Shown: piece by piece, positions 29,100-38,883 of the stretch
How the letters are laid out: every line of letters begins with the position of its first letter
How positions within the stretch are numbered: position 1 is the stretch's first letter
Source: Erysipelothrix sp.
GTDB taxonomy: Bacteria; Bacillota_I; Bacilli_A; Erysipelotrichales; Erysipelotrichaceae
NCBI GenBank assembly: GCA_012841625.1
Contig: DUUI01000043.1
Span: forward strand, 5,151-69,150
Direction of reading: 5' to 3'
Length of the DNA: 64,000 nucleotides
Notes under the pieces: model-generated
The model's database searches: none
Told to the model about the DNA's origin: nothing
What the model saw: only the letters and a program-made list of their open reading frames with translations
Translations under genes and position numbers: made by a program

Positions 29100-30299
29100 A
29101 TGAAACACATGATAAAGTGCTTAGTCGTTATACTGCTAGTAGCCTGTACTCCAGTAAGTTCTGAACCACTCAGTGAAATAGAAATAAGCTCTGATCATAA
29201 TATATTTAGAATTACTCTTCAATCAGAGATACATGACTCATTATGGGACTTTGCTGACAAGGTCGATTTACTTTCAGTCAATGAAAATTCAGTTTATTCG
29301 CCGATGAGCCTATATTCAGCTCTTAGTATGTTATTAGTAGCAACTTCAGGGCAATCCAAAGATCAATTATTAGAATTCTTAAATTTGAAAGACACAAGTG
29401 GTCTGGCTGATTTATTTAGGATGCATAATTATCAAGATGATGACCAAACCATTTTGAATATTAATTCAGTTTGGTTACATAATGCTGTCACAAATTTTGA
29501 TGAGTCGATTATTGATGAGCTAAAAGATGATTATCTAACAAGCAGCCACAGCATTGATTTTTCTAACTCAGATGCAGCAGGAAAAGAAATATCTGAGTAT
29601 ATCAGTCAACAGACTAATGGTTTCTTAACACCTAGGTTTACACCAAGAGAAGATACAGAAGTTATGTTGTTAAACACACTCTATTTTGCGATGAATTGGA
29701 ACCCCCACTTTTATAAAACACAGTCAATTAATTTTAAAGATGTCGGATTGGTGGATGCAGTAAAAACGACCATGGAAACAAGTCAATATTATGAAAACGA
29801 GACAGAACAAGCAGTAATAAAACATTATCAAGGACAAGGAAGTATGATCTTTATTCGACCAAAAAATGGTCTTAATTTGATTGAGCCCAAGAGGCAGATT
29901 TTAGACCATCTGCTTGATAGTGAACAACTCTATGAAGTATCTTTAATAATGCCAGAAATAGAAGTTGAATCAACATATGATGATTTAAAAGATACATTGT
30001 TTGAACTTGGTTTAGACAAGGTCTTAACTGATGATATTAGTCAATCTGAAATTAGTTTCTATGAAGATTCCTTTAAAACAAAGAATATCATTAGTTCAAT
30101 TGTTCAAGGCGCAAAAATAAAAGTAGACAAAGAAGGAACAACAGCCGGAGCCTATACAGCGATAGAAGCCCCAACCTCAGGTTCGCCTCAAGAGTTAGTA
30201 AAAGCTGAAATGGTTCTCGATGTTCCATATCAATTGATTGTCTTAGGTCCCCAAAACACCCCATTATTTGTTGTTAATGTAATCAATCCTACTCAATAG
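29100..30299 (+). CDS. Serpin-family protein, predicted lipoprotein
   Basis: The start was refined to MKHMIKCLVVILLVAC|TP after RBS AAGGGAG. The serpin N-terminal motif is NSVYSPMSLYSALSMLLVATSGQSKDQL. The hinge / reactive-centre loop reads KEGTTAGAYTAIEAP. 399 aa. Confidence 0.8.
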   Translation: MKHMIKCLVVILLVACTPVSSEPLSEIEISSDHNIFRITLQSEIHDSLWDFADKVDLLSVNENSVYSPMSLYSALSMLLVATSGQSKDQLLEFLNLKDTSGLADLFRMHNYQDDDQTILNINSVWLHNAVTNFDESIIDELKDDYLTSSHSIDFSNSDAAGKEISEYISQQTNGFLTPRFTPREDTEVMLLNTLYFAMNWNPHFYKTQSINFKDVGLVDAVKTTMETSQYYENETEQAVIKHYQGQGSMIFIRPKNGLNLIEPKRQILDHLLDSEQLYEVSLIMPEIEVESTYDDLKDTLFELGLDKVLTDDISQSEISFYEDSFKTKNIISSIVQGAKIKVDKEGTTAGAYTAIEAPTSGSPQELVKAEMVLDVPYQLIVLGPQNTPLFVVNVINPTQ

Positions 30300-30307
30300 A
30301 AAAAGAA

Positions 30308-30349
30308 AACGACCCAATCTACTTTACGATATGAGTCGTTTTTTGTTTT
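30308..30349. terminator. Terminator between convergent genes
   Basis: AACGACCCA (30308-30316) pairs with TGAGTCGTT (30332-30340), then TTTTTG. Confidence 0.55.
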
Positions 30350-30359
30350 CCAGGTTTCT

Positions 30360-31289
30360 CTACGAACATTCTTCATAAGTTTTCAATAATTCGATAAATT
30401 CATCCTCATTAAGAATTATGACATGTTTTAGATGTAGAGCTGTTTGGTATTTTTTAGAAAAATTATTTTGTCGTCCAACAATTAGGACATTAGTATTTGA
30501 GTGTATTTGATTACTAACAACCCCGCGACGATTAACAACTTCTTGAGCGGCTTGTTTTCTTGAGAAAGATTTAAGGCGACCCGTAAAGGTAACATTTTTC
30601 TTATAAAAGAAATTCTCCTTAGAGTATGTTCTAGTGAGTGGAACGAGATGCTCCACCTGTGTTCTGCTGTTGTTAGACTGTTTAATCGTTAATGTTTTAA
30701 GAAATTCAAGTTCTTGAGGTGAGAGCCTATCTTTCATTCTTTGATAAATGAGATGAGTATTCTCACAATCACCTAAAGCCCTATGTTTAGTTGCTTCATA
30801 GCCAAAAAACTGTGATAAGTTTGACAGAGAATAAGATCTCATTTTAGGCAATGTTCTTCGGGCAAGTCTCAATGTATCAATGAAATCATTAGATAATGGA
30901 GGTTGATTTAATTCTTCATGATAATCGTATAAGAAATTAATATCAAAGTGAACATTGTGTCCAATTAAAATATCATCACCAATAAACTGTCTAAATTTAG
31001 GATACACAGAATCAATATTTGGAGCATCTAATACCATTTTGTTGGTGATATTATGAATACTCATTGTATAGGTATCAATCGGACTTGACGGTTTGACTAA
31101 AGAATCGAAGTAATCAATGATTTGATTGTTTCTTACTTTGATCGCACTTATTTCGATGACTTCACCATATTTACGTCCATTGCTAGATGTCTCAATATCA
31201 ATAACTGTATAGTCACTTTTTAAGTCTAAGGTATTCGAGCCTTTAAAAGGTCTTTTAGGTGTCTTGGACTGAGCTTGAGAGTAAGACAT
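30360..31289 (-). CDS. DEDDh (DnaQ-like) 3'-5' exonuclease fused to a C-terminal BRCT domain
   Basis: Exo I is YTVIDIETS. Exo II is [11 protein letters not shown]. Exo III is HRALGDCE. The BRCT-like C-terminus is [43 protein letters not shown] 31289 (the track starts at TTG 31295). Confidence 0.75.
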   Translation of the reverse strand: MSYSQAQSKTPKRPFKGSNTLDLKSDYTVIDIETSSNGRKYGEVIEISAIKVRNNQIIDYFDSLVKPSSPIDTYTMSIHNITNKMVLDAPNIDSVYPKFRQFIGDDILIGHNVHFDINFLYDYHEELNQPPLSNDFIDTLRLARRTLPKMRSYSLSNLSQFFGYEATKHRALGDCENTHLIYQRMKDRLSPQELEFLKTLTIKQSNNSRTQVEHLVPLTRTYSKENFFYKKNVTFTGRLKSFSRKQAAQEVVNRRGVVSNQIHSNTNVLIVGRQNNFSKKYQTALHLKHVIILNEDEFIELLKTYEECS

Positions 31290-32223
31290 AATCAACAGAT
31301 CTAAGCGAATCTAAATCCTTGCCGCCTGCATAAGAGATTGAAGATTGAAGATCTTGCTTCATTTCATTAAGGGTATGACTGATATCACCTTTTTGGACGA
31401 CAAGTTCCTTCTTACCTTCAACATTAGTATATTCACCCTTTTGATATTCAGATGCAGAGCCATAGTATTCTTTATAGGTGATACCATCGATATCAACTTC
31501 TTTACCAGGTGATTGTTTATGACCAGAGAACAGTGAACCAACCATAACCATCGTTGCTCCCATGCGAATACTCTTAGCAATATCCCCATTACTACGAATG
31601 CCACCATCAGCAATGATTGGTTTACGAGCAGCTTTAGAGCACCATCTCACCGCAGCTAATTGCCAGCCTCCAGTCCCAAAGCCAGTTTTTAGTTTAGTGA
31701 TACAGACTTTACCAGGACCAACACCTACTTTAGTTGCATCAGCTCCAGCATTCTCTAATTCTCGTACTGCTTCAGGTGTCGCAACATTGCCTGCAATAAC
31801 AAAGACTTCTGGTAAATGTTCTTTAATATACTTAACCATCTTAATAACATATTCAGAATGCCCATGAGCAATATCTATTGTGATATATTCCGGGATATTG
31901 TTAGTTTCTTTTAGTGAATCGATAAAGCCGTATTCTTCATCTTTAATACCAACCGAGATACTAGCGATTAATCCGCGATTATGCATACGCTTAATGAAGT
32001 CAAAGCGATCTTCAGGATTAAAGCGATGCATAACATAAAAATAATTATTCTCAGCAAAATAGATGGCTAGATCCTCATCAATTATAGTTTCCATATTGGC
32101 TGGGACGACTGGTAAATCAAAAGTATGATTACCAAACTTTACACTTGTATCACATTCTTTTCTGCTTTTAACAACACATTTTGCAGGGATTAGTAACACA
32201 TCATCATAATCAAATACACGCAT
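31255..32223 (-). CDS. guaC: GMP reductase
   Basis: [17 protein letters not shown]-terminus. IMPDH/GMPR barrel motifs [16 protein letters not shown] and [14 protein letters not shown]. 322 aa, with no CBS insert. Confidence 0.88.
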   Translation of the reverse strand: MRVFDYDDVLLIPAKCVVKSRKECDTSVKFGNHTFDLPVVPANMETIIDEDLAIYFAENNYFYVMHRFNPEDRFDFIKRMHNRGLIASISVGIKDEEYGFIDSLKETNNIPEYITIDIAHGHSEYVIKMVKYIKEHLPEVFVIAGNVATPEAVRELENAGADATKVGVGPGKVCITKLKTGFGTGGWQLAAVRWCSKAARKPIIADGGIRSNGDIAKSIRMGATMVMVGSLFSGHKQSPGKEVDIDGITYKEYYGSASEYQKGEYTNVEGKKELVVQKGDISHTLNEMKQDLQSSISYAGGKDLDSLRSVDYVLLSSSVQDT

Positions 32224-32253
32224 GTTTAAAATTCTCCTTTACAACTTATGAAT

Positions 32254-32297
32254 ATAACACGAAAGAGTTATTATTTCCACATCTGTTCTTTGTATTT
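32254..32297. promoter_or_regulatory. Possible PurR operator (inverted PurBox pair) upstream of guaC
   Basis: ATAACACGAAAGAG (32254-32267), 16 nt gap, TGTTCTTTGTATTT (32284-32297). The first half carries the ACACGAA core of the B. subtilis PurBox; the second half is weak. Confidence 0.25.
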
Positions 32298-32324
32298 TGA
32301 AAATGAATTAGGTATTATGTATTT

Positions 32325-34598
32325 ATGAAACAATTTGAAGGATGGCTAGTCCGATTAGTTTACGAAGATAAAGTCACAGGGTATCGTATTTATGCGGTAG
32401 ACAGCGATGATGCTTCTTTAATGCGTAACAAATATTTAAACATCACAGTTAAAGGACATCTACCAGAGCTGAAAAAGAATGAAGTGTATACCTTTATTTT
32501 AAGTGAGCCTGTTGTTGAAGATTTAAAATTTGGCCCATCCTACGATAATGTTGTTATTTTATTAAAGATGCCAGAATCTTTAGATGATACAGAAAGTTTT
32601 CTAAAAACGCTAATAGGTAAGACCAGAGCTAAATCGTTAATCTCAGTTTATCCTAATATTATTGAATTAATTCTTGAAGACAGAGAAGATGAAATAGATT
32701 TAAACTTAGTAAAAGGCGTTAAAGAGAAAACATACTCTAAAATTCGTAAGAAAGTGTTAGAAAACTTTAAGTACTTTAATATTATTAGTCATTTTGGGGA
32801 CGTCTTTTCACTCAATGTCATTATGAAACTGTTTGATGAATTTCATAATGAAGCACAAGTATTAGAACAACTCAAAGCAGATCCCTATCGAGCGCTTTGT
32901 GCATTAGATCGGATTGGCTTTAAGCGAGCTGACCAGTTAATTTTAAAAACAATTGAAGTTGATTTACAAGAGAATCGAGAACCCCGATTTGATGCTAATA
33001 TCAAAGAATCTAAAGAGAGATTAATCTTTTATATTCAATACTTACTAGAGAGTTTATCGGGTCATACATATTATTACTTGAATATTATTGAGAAAGAGTG
33101 TGAAGAGTTATTACCAGAAGCATTTCATCATTTTGATGACGCAATCCAAGACTCACTATTACATGTGGACCAAGATCGAATTGCACTAAGTGAAGTGTAT
33201 GAACTTGAACAATGGATTGGTGAGCGTTTAAATGATGCGAATACTATGATTAGTAATTTAAGTGATGATGAACCTTATGAAGGCTATCGATATCAAGAAG
33301 AGATTACTTTGGATGATAATCAATTAAGTTTATTACCATTAGTGACAAATCATCAAATCTCGTGTTTATTTGGGGTTGCTGGTTCAGGCAAGACGACAAT
33401 CCTTAAGGCATTACTAGACTTGATGAAAGATCGTAATAAGCTTGTCTATTTATCGAGTCCAACAGGAAGAGCGGCCAATATTTTATCTGAAAAGACACAG
33501 TACCCTGCTAAAACAATCCATATGATGCTAGGTGTAACAAAGGATGGCTTTACTTATCATGAAAAGAATCAACTACCTGCTGATTTAGTAGTTGTCGATG
33601 AAGCGAGTATGCTCGATTTATTATTGTTTAAATCACTGTTACAAGCGATTAATTTTAGAACGACTAAATTATTATTAGTAGGCGATCCTCAACAATTACC
33701 AAGTGTCGGTTTTGGGAATGTATTCGAAGATTTAAGATTATCACATTTACCTAAATTAGAAATTAATAAATGTTATCGAACATCTGGTGGGATTTTAAAT
33801 GCGGCTACATTAATTAGAGAACAGCAGCTTCATATTCCACAAAGTAATCGTTTTAGTATTGTTACAGATGAATCAGCTTATTATTTTTACCACACGGATG
33901 ATATGGACAATTTGAATAATTTCATTTTGTATTTAATTGATAATTGTATAGAGACATGGGAGTATTCACTAGACGATATCCTAGTTATTTCACCAGTGAA
34001 TGAGCATCCACAGGGTGGAGCTTTAGAGCTTAATATGATGATTCAAGAGAAATATAATGGCGCCTCTATTGGCTTTGAACAAACTATTTTTGTTAAAAAT
34101 AAAAAGCGAGACATATTCTTTAGGCTTAATGATCACATCTTAAATACAAAAAATGATTATAAAGCGATGGCCTTAACAAATTCTGAGTTTGAGTTTTTAA
34201 GAAATTACACCTCATCTTCATTTGAAGGCTTTGAAGATTTAAGACATGATATGGTGTTTATTGCTAATGGTGAGATAGGTATTATTGAAATGATTTTTGA
34301 TGAGTTTATTGTCATTAGTTTTAACGATCAAAAAATCCTTAAGCCTAAAGATGAATTGAGTTCTTATCAATTAGGGTATGCGATTACAACCCATAAATCA
34401 CAGGGGTCTGAAGCGTCTTGTGTGATTACTTTGTCTACAGTCAATTTCTCTTATATGATTAATTGTAATCATATGTATGTTGGCGTAACTCGTGCTCAGA
34501 AACATTGTTTACATGTTGGGACTGCTTATACGGTTAATTCTAAGGTAAAATTTAGAGAGAATAAAATGCGTCGAACTTTCTTATCAGAGCTTATTTAG
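32325..34598 (+). CDS. recD2: RecD2-type (YrrC-like) SF1B ATP-dependent DNA helicase
   Basis: Walker A is GVAGSGKTT. Walker B is VVDEASML. Other helicase motifs are LLLVGDPQQLPSVG and GYAITTHKSQGSE. The N-terminal region is RecD2-like. 757 aa. Confidence 0.85.
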   Translation: MKQFEGWLVRLVYEDKVTGYRIYAVDSDDASLMRNKYLNITVKGHLPELKKNEVYTFILSEPVVEDLKFGPSYDNVVILLKMPESLDDTESFLKTLIGKTRAKSLISVYPNIIELILEDREDEIDLNLVKGVKEKTYSKIRKKVLENFKYFNIISHFGDVFSLNVIMKLFDEFHNEAQVLEQLKADPYRALCALDRIGFKRADQLILKTIEVDLQENREPRFDANIKESKERLIFYIQYLLESLSGHTYYYLNIIEKECEELLPEAFHHFDDAIQDSLLHVDQDRIALSEVYELEQWIGERLNDANTMISNLSDDEPYEGYRYQEEITLDDNQLSLLPLVTNHQISCLFGVAGSGKTTILKALLDLMKDRNKLVYLSSPTGRAANILSEKTQYPAKTIHMMLGVTKDGFTYHEKNQLPADLVVVDEASMLDLLLFKSLLQAINFRTTKLLLVGDPQQLPSVGFGNVFEDLRLSHLPKLEINKCYRTSGGILNAATLIREQQLHIPQSNRFSIVTDESAYYFYHTDDMDNLNNFILYLIDNCIETWEYSLDDILVISPVNEHPQGGALELNMMIQEKYNGASIGFEQTIFVKNKKRDIFFRLNDHILNTKNDYKAMALTNSEFEFLRNYTSSSFEGFEDLRHDMVFIANGEIGIIEMIFDEFIVISFNDQKILKPKDELSSYQLGYAITTHKSQGSEASCVITLSTVNFSYMINCNHMYVGVTRAQKHCLHVGTAYTVNSKVKFRENKMRRTFLSELI

Positions 34599-34881
34599 GA
34601 AAGTTCTTTTTCTTATAGATAAAGAAATAATCGATTATCCAAGCAGCCAAGTAACCAATTAAAGCATAAAGGACAATGAGTGCGATTAAGAATTGCCCTA
34701 AGGCTAGAAATCCGTCTGGTTGAACGACTCTTGAATTTATATAAAAGTAAAGAGCGATTAAGACAAAAACTGCCGCAGTAATGATTGTGAATAGATTTTT
34801 ACGCTTAAAGATAAATGCGACAATAGCATAAATTAGAACACCAAATAGAGGTATTAAAATCAAAATTAGAATGTCTTGCAT
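34591..34881 (-). CDS. Small hydrophobic membrane protein (3 TM helices)
   Basis: Start refined to MQDILILIL (ATG 34881), 7 nt after AGGAG. 96 aa. Function unknown. Confidence 0.5.
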   Translation of the reverse strand: MQDILILILIPLFGVLIYAIVAFIFKRKNLFTIITAAVFVLIALYFYINSRVVQPDGFLALGQFLIALIVLYALIGYLAAWIIDYFFIYKKKNFPK

Positions 34882-34974
34882 AAAGATTCTCCTTTTGTTT
34901 ATTTTACCATTAATCATACAAATAGTTGATATTTTAGATTTGTGTAAATAAAAAAGTCCCAGCAATGTGCGGGA

Positions 34975-35904
34975 CTATTTCTTATGTTTTTCTTTGGATC
35001 GTTTATCGTTAATAATGTCCATCTCTTTTGCATCAATTAAGGTGACATTATTTTCTTTAGCCCAAGTCACACAACCTCTTAGGACTGTATTTAAAAAGAT
35101 TCGCGGAACATTTACTAATTTTTCGAGTGCTTCATCAGTGAATTTGATTTCATCATCAATCCTGTCAGCAGCAAATCTTACGCTTGAGATTGAACCTTCT
35201 CTAACTGGTAGTAATTCTGGAATGGGTCTTCTAAATTTAGTGTACCAGAAATTCTTCGAATCACGATAGCCATAATCAACTGGAACACGTGGGAAGCCAC
35301 CTGGTTTAACACCATTAATTATTGTGTTTCTATATTTAGGTTTCATTAAAATCTTATCAACACGTAGGATAAAGTGAGCTCCAAATTCTGATGTAATTCC
35401 ATTGAAATCATGATAAGGAGCAGGGTATCCATCTAAGTGTCCTGGCGCATCATCTTGAGCATTGTCTAGTTCGCGCATCCATGTACATTCCATGACTTGA
35501 AATGCTTCTGTAACGACTTGTGGGTATAGAGTGTCTGGATCTTCTTTAGCACAGTGTCCATCTTCTAATGTAAATAAAGTATCTTTCATTTTTTCTTCTG
35601 AAGTATCTCCTGGGAATCCCATTCTAACGGCTTCTTTAAAATACTTACGCTCATCGCTAATAAAGTTAATTGAACATTTTTCATTTCGTAAAATGTTTTG
35701 TGCAGTATTTGAAGAGTTACGACAAAGTAATAACATCGCATAGTAATCTTTACCTGCAACATAATAAGGTTGTACTAATGAATAAGGACCTAGAGTGGTC
35801 TTATTGTCTTGGGTTAATGTACCAATCATAACAACTGGCATTGGAAAGAAGAGAGATGTTTGGTAGAAGTTATCTACAATTCTTAGGTTTTCATAATGGC
35901 TCAT
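34975..35904 (-). CDS. Flavin-reductase-like (FMN-binding split-barrel) protein with a C-terminal domain resembling the PCP-reductase (protochlorophyllide reductase 57 kDa subunit C-terminal) fold
   Basis: The N-terminus reads FFPMPVVMIGTLTQDNKTTLGPYS...INFISD and is flavin-reductase-like. The C-terminus reads KFTDEALEKLVNVPRIFLNTVLRGCVTWAKENNVTLIDAKEM. 309 aa. Confidence 0.45.
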   Translation of the reverse strand: MSHYENLRIVDNFYQTSLFFPMPVVMIGTLTQDNKTTLGPYSLVQPYYVAGKDYYAMLLLCRNSSNTAQNILRNEKCSINFISDERKYFKEAVRMGFPGDTSEEKMKDTLFTLEDGHCAKEDPDTLYPQVVTEAFQVMECTWMRELDNAQDDAPGHLDGYPAPYHDFNGITSEFGAHFILRVDKILMKPKYRNTIINGVKPGGFPRVPVDYGYRDSKNFWYTKFRRPIPELLPVREGSISSVRFAADRIDDEIKFTDEALEKLVNVPRIFLNTVLRGCVTWAKENNVTLIDAKEMDIINDKRSKEKHKK

Positions 35905-36025
35905 GTCAAAGACTCCTTTTCTATCAAGATTATTAGCTATATAATATCATCCATTTTATACTACGCCAAAAAAATCACAAGAAATAATTAGTATATAATA
36001 GTAGTAATCCTAAGGAGTAGAATTT

Positions 36026-36565
36026 ATGAAGCTAGTATTAATATTTGGGAGTGGTGCTGTTGGAAAAATGACTGTTGGTCAAGAATTAGCTAAGCAAACG
36101 AATTATCGTTTATTTCATAATCATGTCATGATTGAACCTGTGATTGAGACATTAGGGTATTATGATGCCACATTAGTTACAGAGTTAAGAATGACTCTCT
36201 TCAAATATGTTGTTAAGACAAATCTGGAAGGTCTCATCTTTACGTGTATCTGGGCATTTGATGAACCATCAGATTGGACAACTATTCAAAAAGTAGTTGA
36301 ATTATTTGATGAGACTTATTATATTGAATTAATTGCTGATCAAGAAACACGATTAAAAAGAAATGAATCGAGTAATCGAATTAAGCATAAGCCATCTAAA
36401 AGGGATATTAACTTTTCAAAGCAATTAATCTTACGTGAAGATTCAAAATATCGATTAGTGAGTCATGAAGGTGAGTTAACTTTTAAGAATTATCTGCGCA
36501 TTGATAATACAGACAAAGAGCCTGAGGTAGTTGCGAGTTTGATCAAAGAAAGGTTTAGGCTTTAG
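36026..36565 (+). CDS. P-loop NTPase/kinase-like protein
   Basis: LIFGSGAVGKMTVGQELA Walker A at the N-terminus. 179 aa. No further specific motifs recognised. Confidence 0.55.
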   Translation: MKLVLIFGSGAVGKMTVGQELAKQTNYRLFHNHVMIEPVIETLGYYDATLVTELRMTLFKYVVKTNLEGLIFTCIWAFDEPSDWTTIQKVVELFDETYYIELIADQETRLKRNESSNRIKHKPSKRDINFSKQLILREDSKYRLVSHEGELTFKNYLRIDNTDKEPEVVASLIKERFRL

Positions 36566-36577
36566 TTTTTTCAAAAG

Positions 36578-36606
36578 AAAAGCTCCTCTTATTCAAGGAG
36601 CTTTTT
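36578..36606. terminator. Bidirectional terminator
   Basis: AAAAGCTCC (36578-36586) pairs with GGAGCTTTT (36597-36605). Confidence 0.7.
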
Positions 36607-36617
36607 GAGTAATTTTA

Positions 36618-37451
36618 TTATGGCAATCCAACAGCTGAATTAATGTTGGTAAGAGTACCACTGTCTTGTATCATTTCAAAATATAGTTCATTGATATCAA
36701 ATCCCATCATTTTGAGTAGGGCTGTATCTCCATTTAAATCTAAGCGAAGTCGTTTAATATATTTTTCGTCATTGCTGATATTCATGGTTAGAGAAATAAA
36801 ATCATCTCCTAAGAATAAAAACGTCATCGATTGATCTTCATCCAAATTGTCTTTTAATGAGTTTCTCATAAATTCTTTAAAAGAAATTGTGACTTCTGTG
36901 GTTGGTTCAGAGTCAATCATTACCGTCTCTGGATTGATTTCAAGTTCTTCAACATCGGTTAAAATTGATTTAATCATTGTATTGTAGGATGAAAACCATT
37001 CGTCAGATTCCATAATCTCAGTTAATGATATTTCCTCTTCTTTATCCCAAGATTTTGTTTCATAATCATAGTGATAGGCAGAAAGTATATCACCATCAGC
37101 TTTGAAGTAAACTGTTTGTTTTTCATCTTCAGGATCAATATCATCCATATTAGATTCAATGGTTGAATCGACAAAGAATTCAAGATGAGGCTCATTAATT
37201 ACTTGGATGCTTGAAGCCATTTTCATATAGATATCTTCAAACTCTTCCTCTGAATCAGTTAACGCATTAGCATTTACTTGTCCATCCATGACAAGATTAA
37301 TTGTGTATTCTCCAGACTCTTCAACATTAAAATCTGTCTCATAATTTTTTAGGGTAGTCATTACTACAGATTCTGTCAATGGTTCGGTTTTTTGGGAACA
37401 TCCTGCTAATAAGAGGATGGCTGTTAGTAATATTGTTAGTCGTTTTTTCAT
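36618..37451 (-). CDS. Acidic lipoprotein of unknown function
   Basis: Lipobox LLLAGC|SQ. 277 aa, Asp/Glu-rich. RBS GGAGGG. No catalytic motifs recognised. Confidence 0.6.
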   Translation of the reverse strand: MKKRLTILLTAILLLAGCSQKTEPLTESVVMTTLKNYETDFNVEESGEYTINLVMDGQVNANALTDSEEEFEDIYMKMASSIQVINEPHLEFFVDSTIESNMDDIDPEDEKQTVYFKADGDILSAYHYDYETKSWDKEEEISLTEIMESDEWFSSYNTMIKSILTDVEELEINPETVMIDSEPTTEVTISFKEFMRNSLKDNLDEDQSMTFLFLGDDFISLTMNISNDEKYIKRLRLDLNGDTALLKMMGFDINELYFEMIQDSGTLTNINSAVGLP

Positions 37452-37466
37452 ACTATCCCTCCATTT

Positions 37467-37553
37467 CCATTATACTATATTCTTTTCTACAGATATAACA
37501 TTGTGTCAAAACTGTCACATAAAAAAAGGTCGACTCAACAGTTTAGTCTAGAT
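37467..37553 (-). repeat. Copy A of a duplicated ~86-bp upstream element (contains a TATAAT -10)
   Basis: The first 27 nt (CCATTATACTATATTCTTTTCTACAGA) are identical to 38044-38070. Further shared blocks are TTGTGTCAAA, CACATAAAA and AGTCTAGAT. Confidence 0.8.
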
Positions 37554-37636
37554 GCACTCTAATTTATATTCAAGTAACGACTATCATCGAATAAATCACT
37601 TCCACTTTTTTATTCAATTGAAGGGCGAATGAAACT

Positions 37637-37984
37637 TTAACTTCTATCCAATTCTTTTTCTATTACCCAGTCAATTAATCTTTCAAATGTATCAAGTTGA
37701 GTTGCAACAACTCCGGGACTAAATCGTTCACGGCGTATCATATATGTTATATCAGCTAGTAGAACTTCTATATCAACATTTGGATTTGTTGAAAATTCAC
37801 GTTTTTCATGAACAGACTTATAATTTGGTGTGAAGTAATTTGATGTACACCAAAAGGTGAAAAAATTTATTATCTCCCTATTATATGAATAAGGATTTAA
37901 AAGATGTTCCTTTTCAAATCTGTACTTTACTTCTGAAGATTTCAAAAAAGCACTAAACTCAACTAAGTAATCAAATTCGCTCAT
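37637..37984 (-). CDS. Hypothetical cytoplasmic protein
   Basis: 115 aa ORF with no TM segment. Contains an IRRERFSPGVV motif. RBS GGAGGA. No family confidently recognised. Confidence 0.5.
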   Translation of the reverse strand: MSEFDYLVEFSAFLKSSEVKYRFEKEHLLNPYSYNREIINFFTFWCTSNYFTPNYKSVHEKREFSTNPNVDIEVLLADITYMIRRERFSPGVVATQLDTFERLIDWVIEKELDRS

Positions 37985-38043
37985 ATATTAATCCTCCATA
38001 GATACTTTTCAAAATTCATTAACAATAAAATGTCCCTCAATTA

Positions 38044-38128
38044 CCATTATACTATATTCTTTTCTACAGAAAAATTTGTGTCAAACCTACCACATAAAAG
38101 AAATTCAAGTCAGCAGTTAAGTCTAGAT
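38044..38128 (-). repeat. Copy B of the duplicated ~86-bp upstream element
   Basis: See copy A. Same orientation, located 60 nt upstream of the 115-aa ORF. Confidence 0.8.
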
Positions 38129-38174
38129 AGAAAACTATATCGTTCCAATTTCAGAGAAGTCATAAACAAAAACC

Positions 38175-38690
38175 TTACGTCTGTTTTTTGTTTTGACGAA
38201 AATATTGAATAATACCAAAAACACTTGCGAGGAGCATTAACAGATTCCAGGCAATCCACTTATAATCGGTATTTTCCTGTTGATGCTCATGAACATTAAA
38301 GGAGATATCACCCGCTGGTTCATCTAAGGTTAATTCATAAACCATTTCTCTGGTTGTTGTAGTAACCCCAAACGCCTTTATTTCCTCTAAATCTATATCA
38401 TGGTATTGTTGTTCAAGGCTAAATAAAGGAAAAAAGTAATTTCTTGTAAAATTAAAGAAGTTGTGATTTCCTTCAGATTCTTTAATGATCACTACAGAGA
38501 ATTGATTAAACATCTCATGATAATCAAATCGCTCTAGTACAACAGAATCCTCATCAGACAACGATAGGGCTTTTTCTTCCAATGCATTTTCTGTAATAAA
38601 CCCAAATTTAAAACGTCCTTGTCCAAAAAGAAAAGATATAACCAAAACTATTAAAACAATTACATAAAGTGTTATTGTTTTTTTCTTCAT
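38175..38690 (-). CDS. Hypothetical bitopic membrane protein (N- and C-terminal TM helices)
   Basis: 171 aa. The N-terminal TM segment is ITLYVIVLIVLVISFLF. The C-terminal TM segment is WIAWNLLMLLASVFGII. RBS AGGAGG. Confidence 0.5.
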   Translation of the reverse strand: MKKKTITLYVIVLIVLVISFLFGQGRFKFGFITENALEEKALSLSDEDSVVLERFDYHEMFNQFSVVIIKESEGNHNFFNFTRNYFFPLFSLEQQYHDIDLEEIKAFGVTTTTREMVYELTLDEPAGDISFNVHEHQQENTDYKWIAWNLLMLLASVFGIIQYFRQNKKQT

Positions 38691-38883
38691 AGGTTAAACC
38701 TCCTATTTTAGATGTTTTTAAGTTTGTTTTAAATAAATAACAGACTATTTTTAACAAATTGTGCATCATTCTCTATTACATTAAGCATATATATCTTATT
38801 ATGGATTGTCAACACATTATTGTACCACCAGATGTGTCCACCTAATTCATCTGTTGTATTAAATATACTTTGGAAAATGAATT

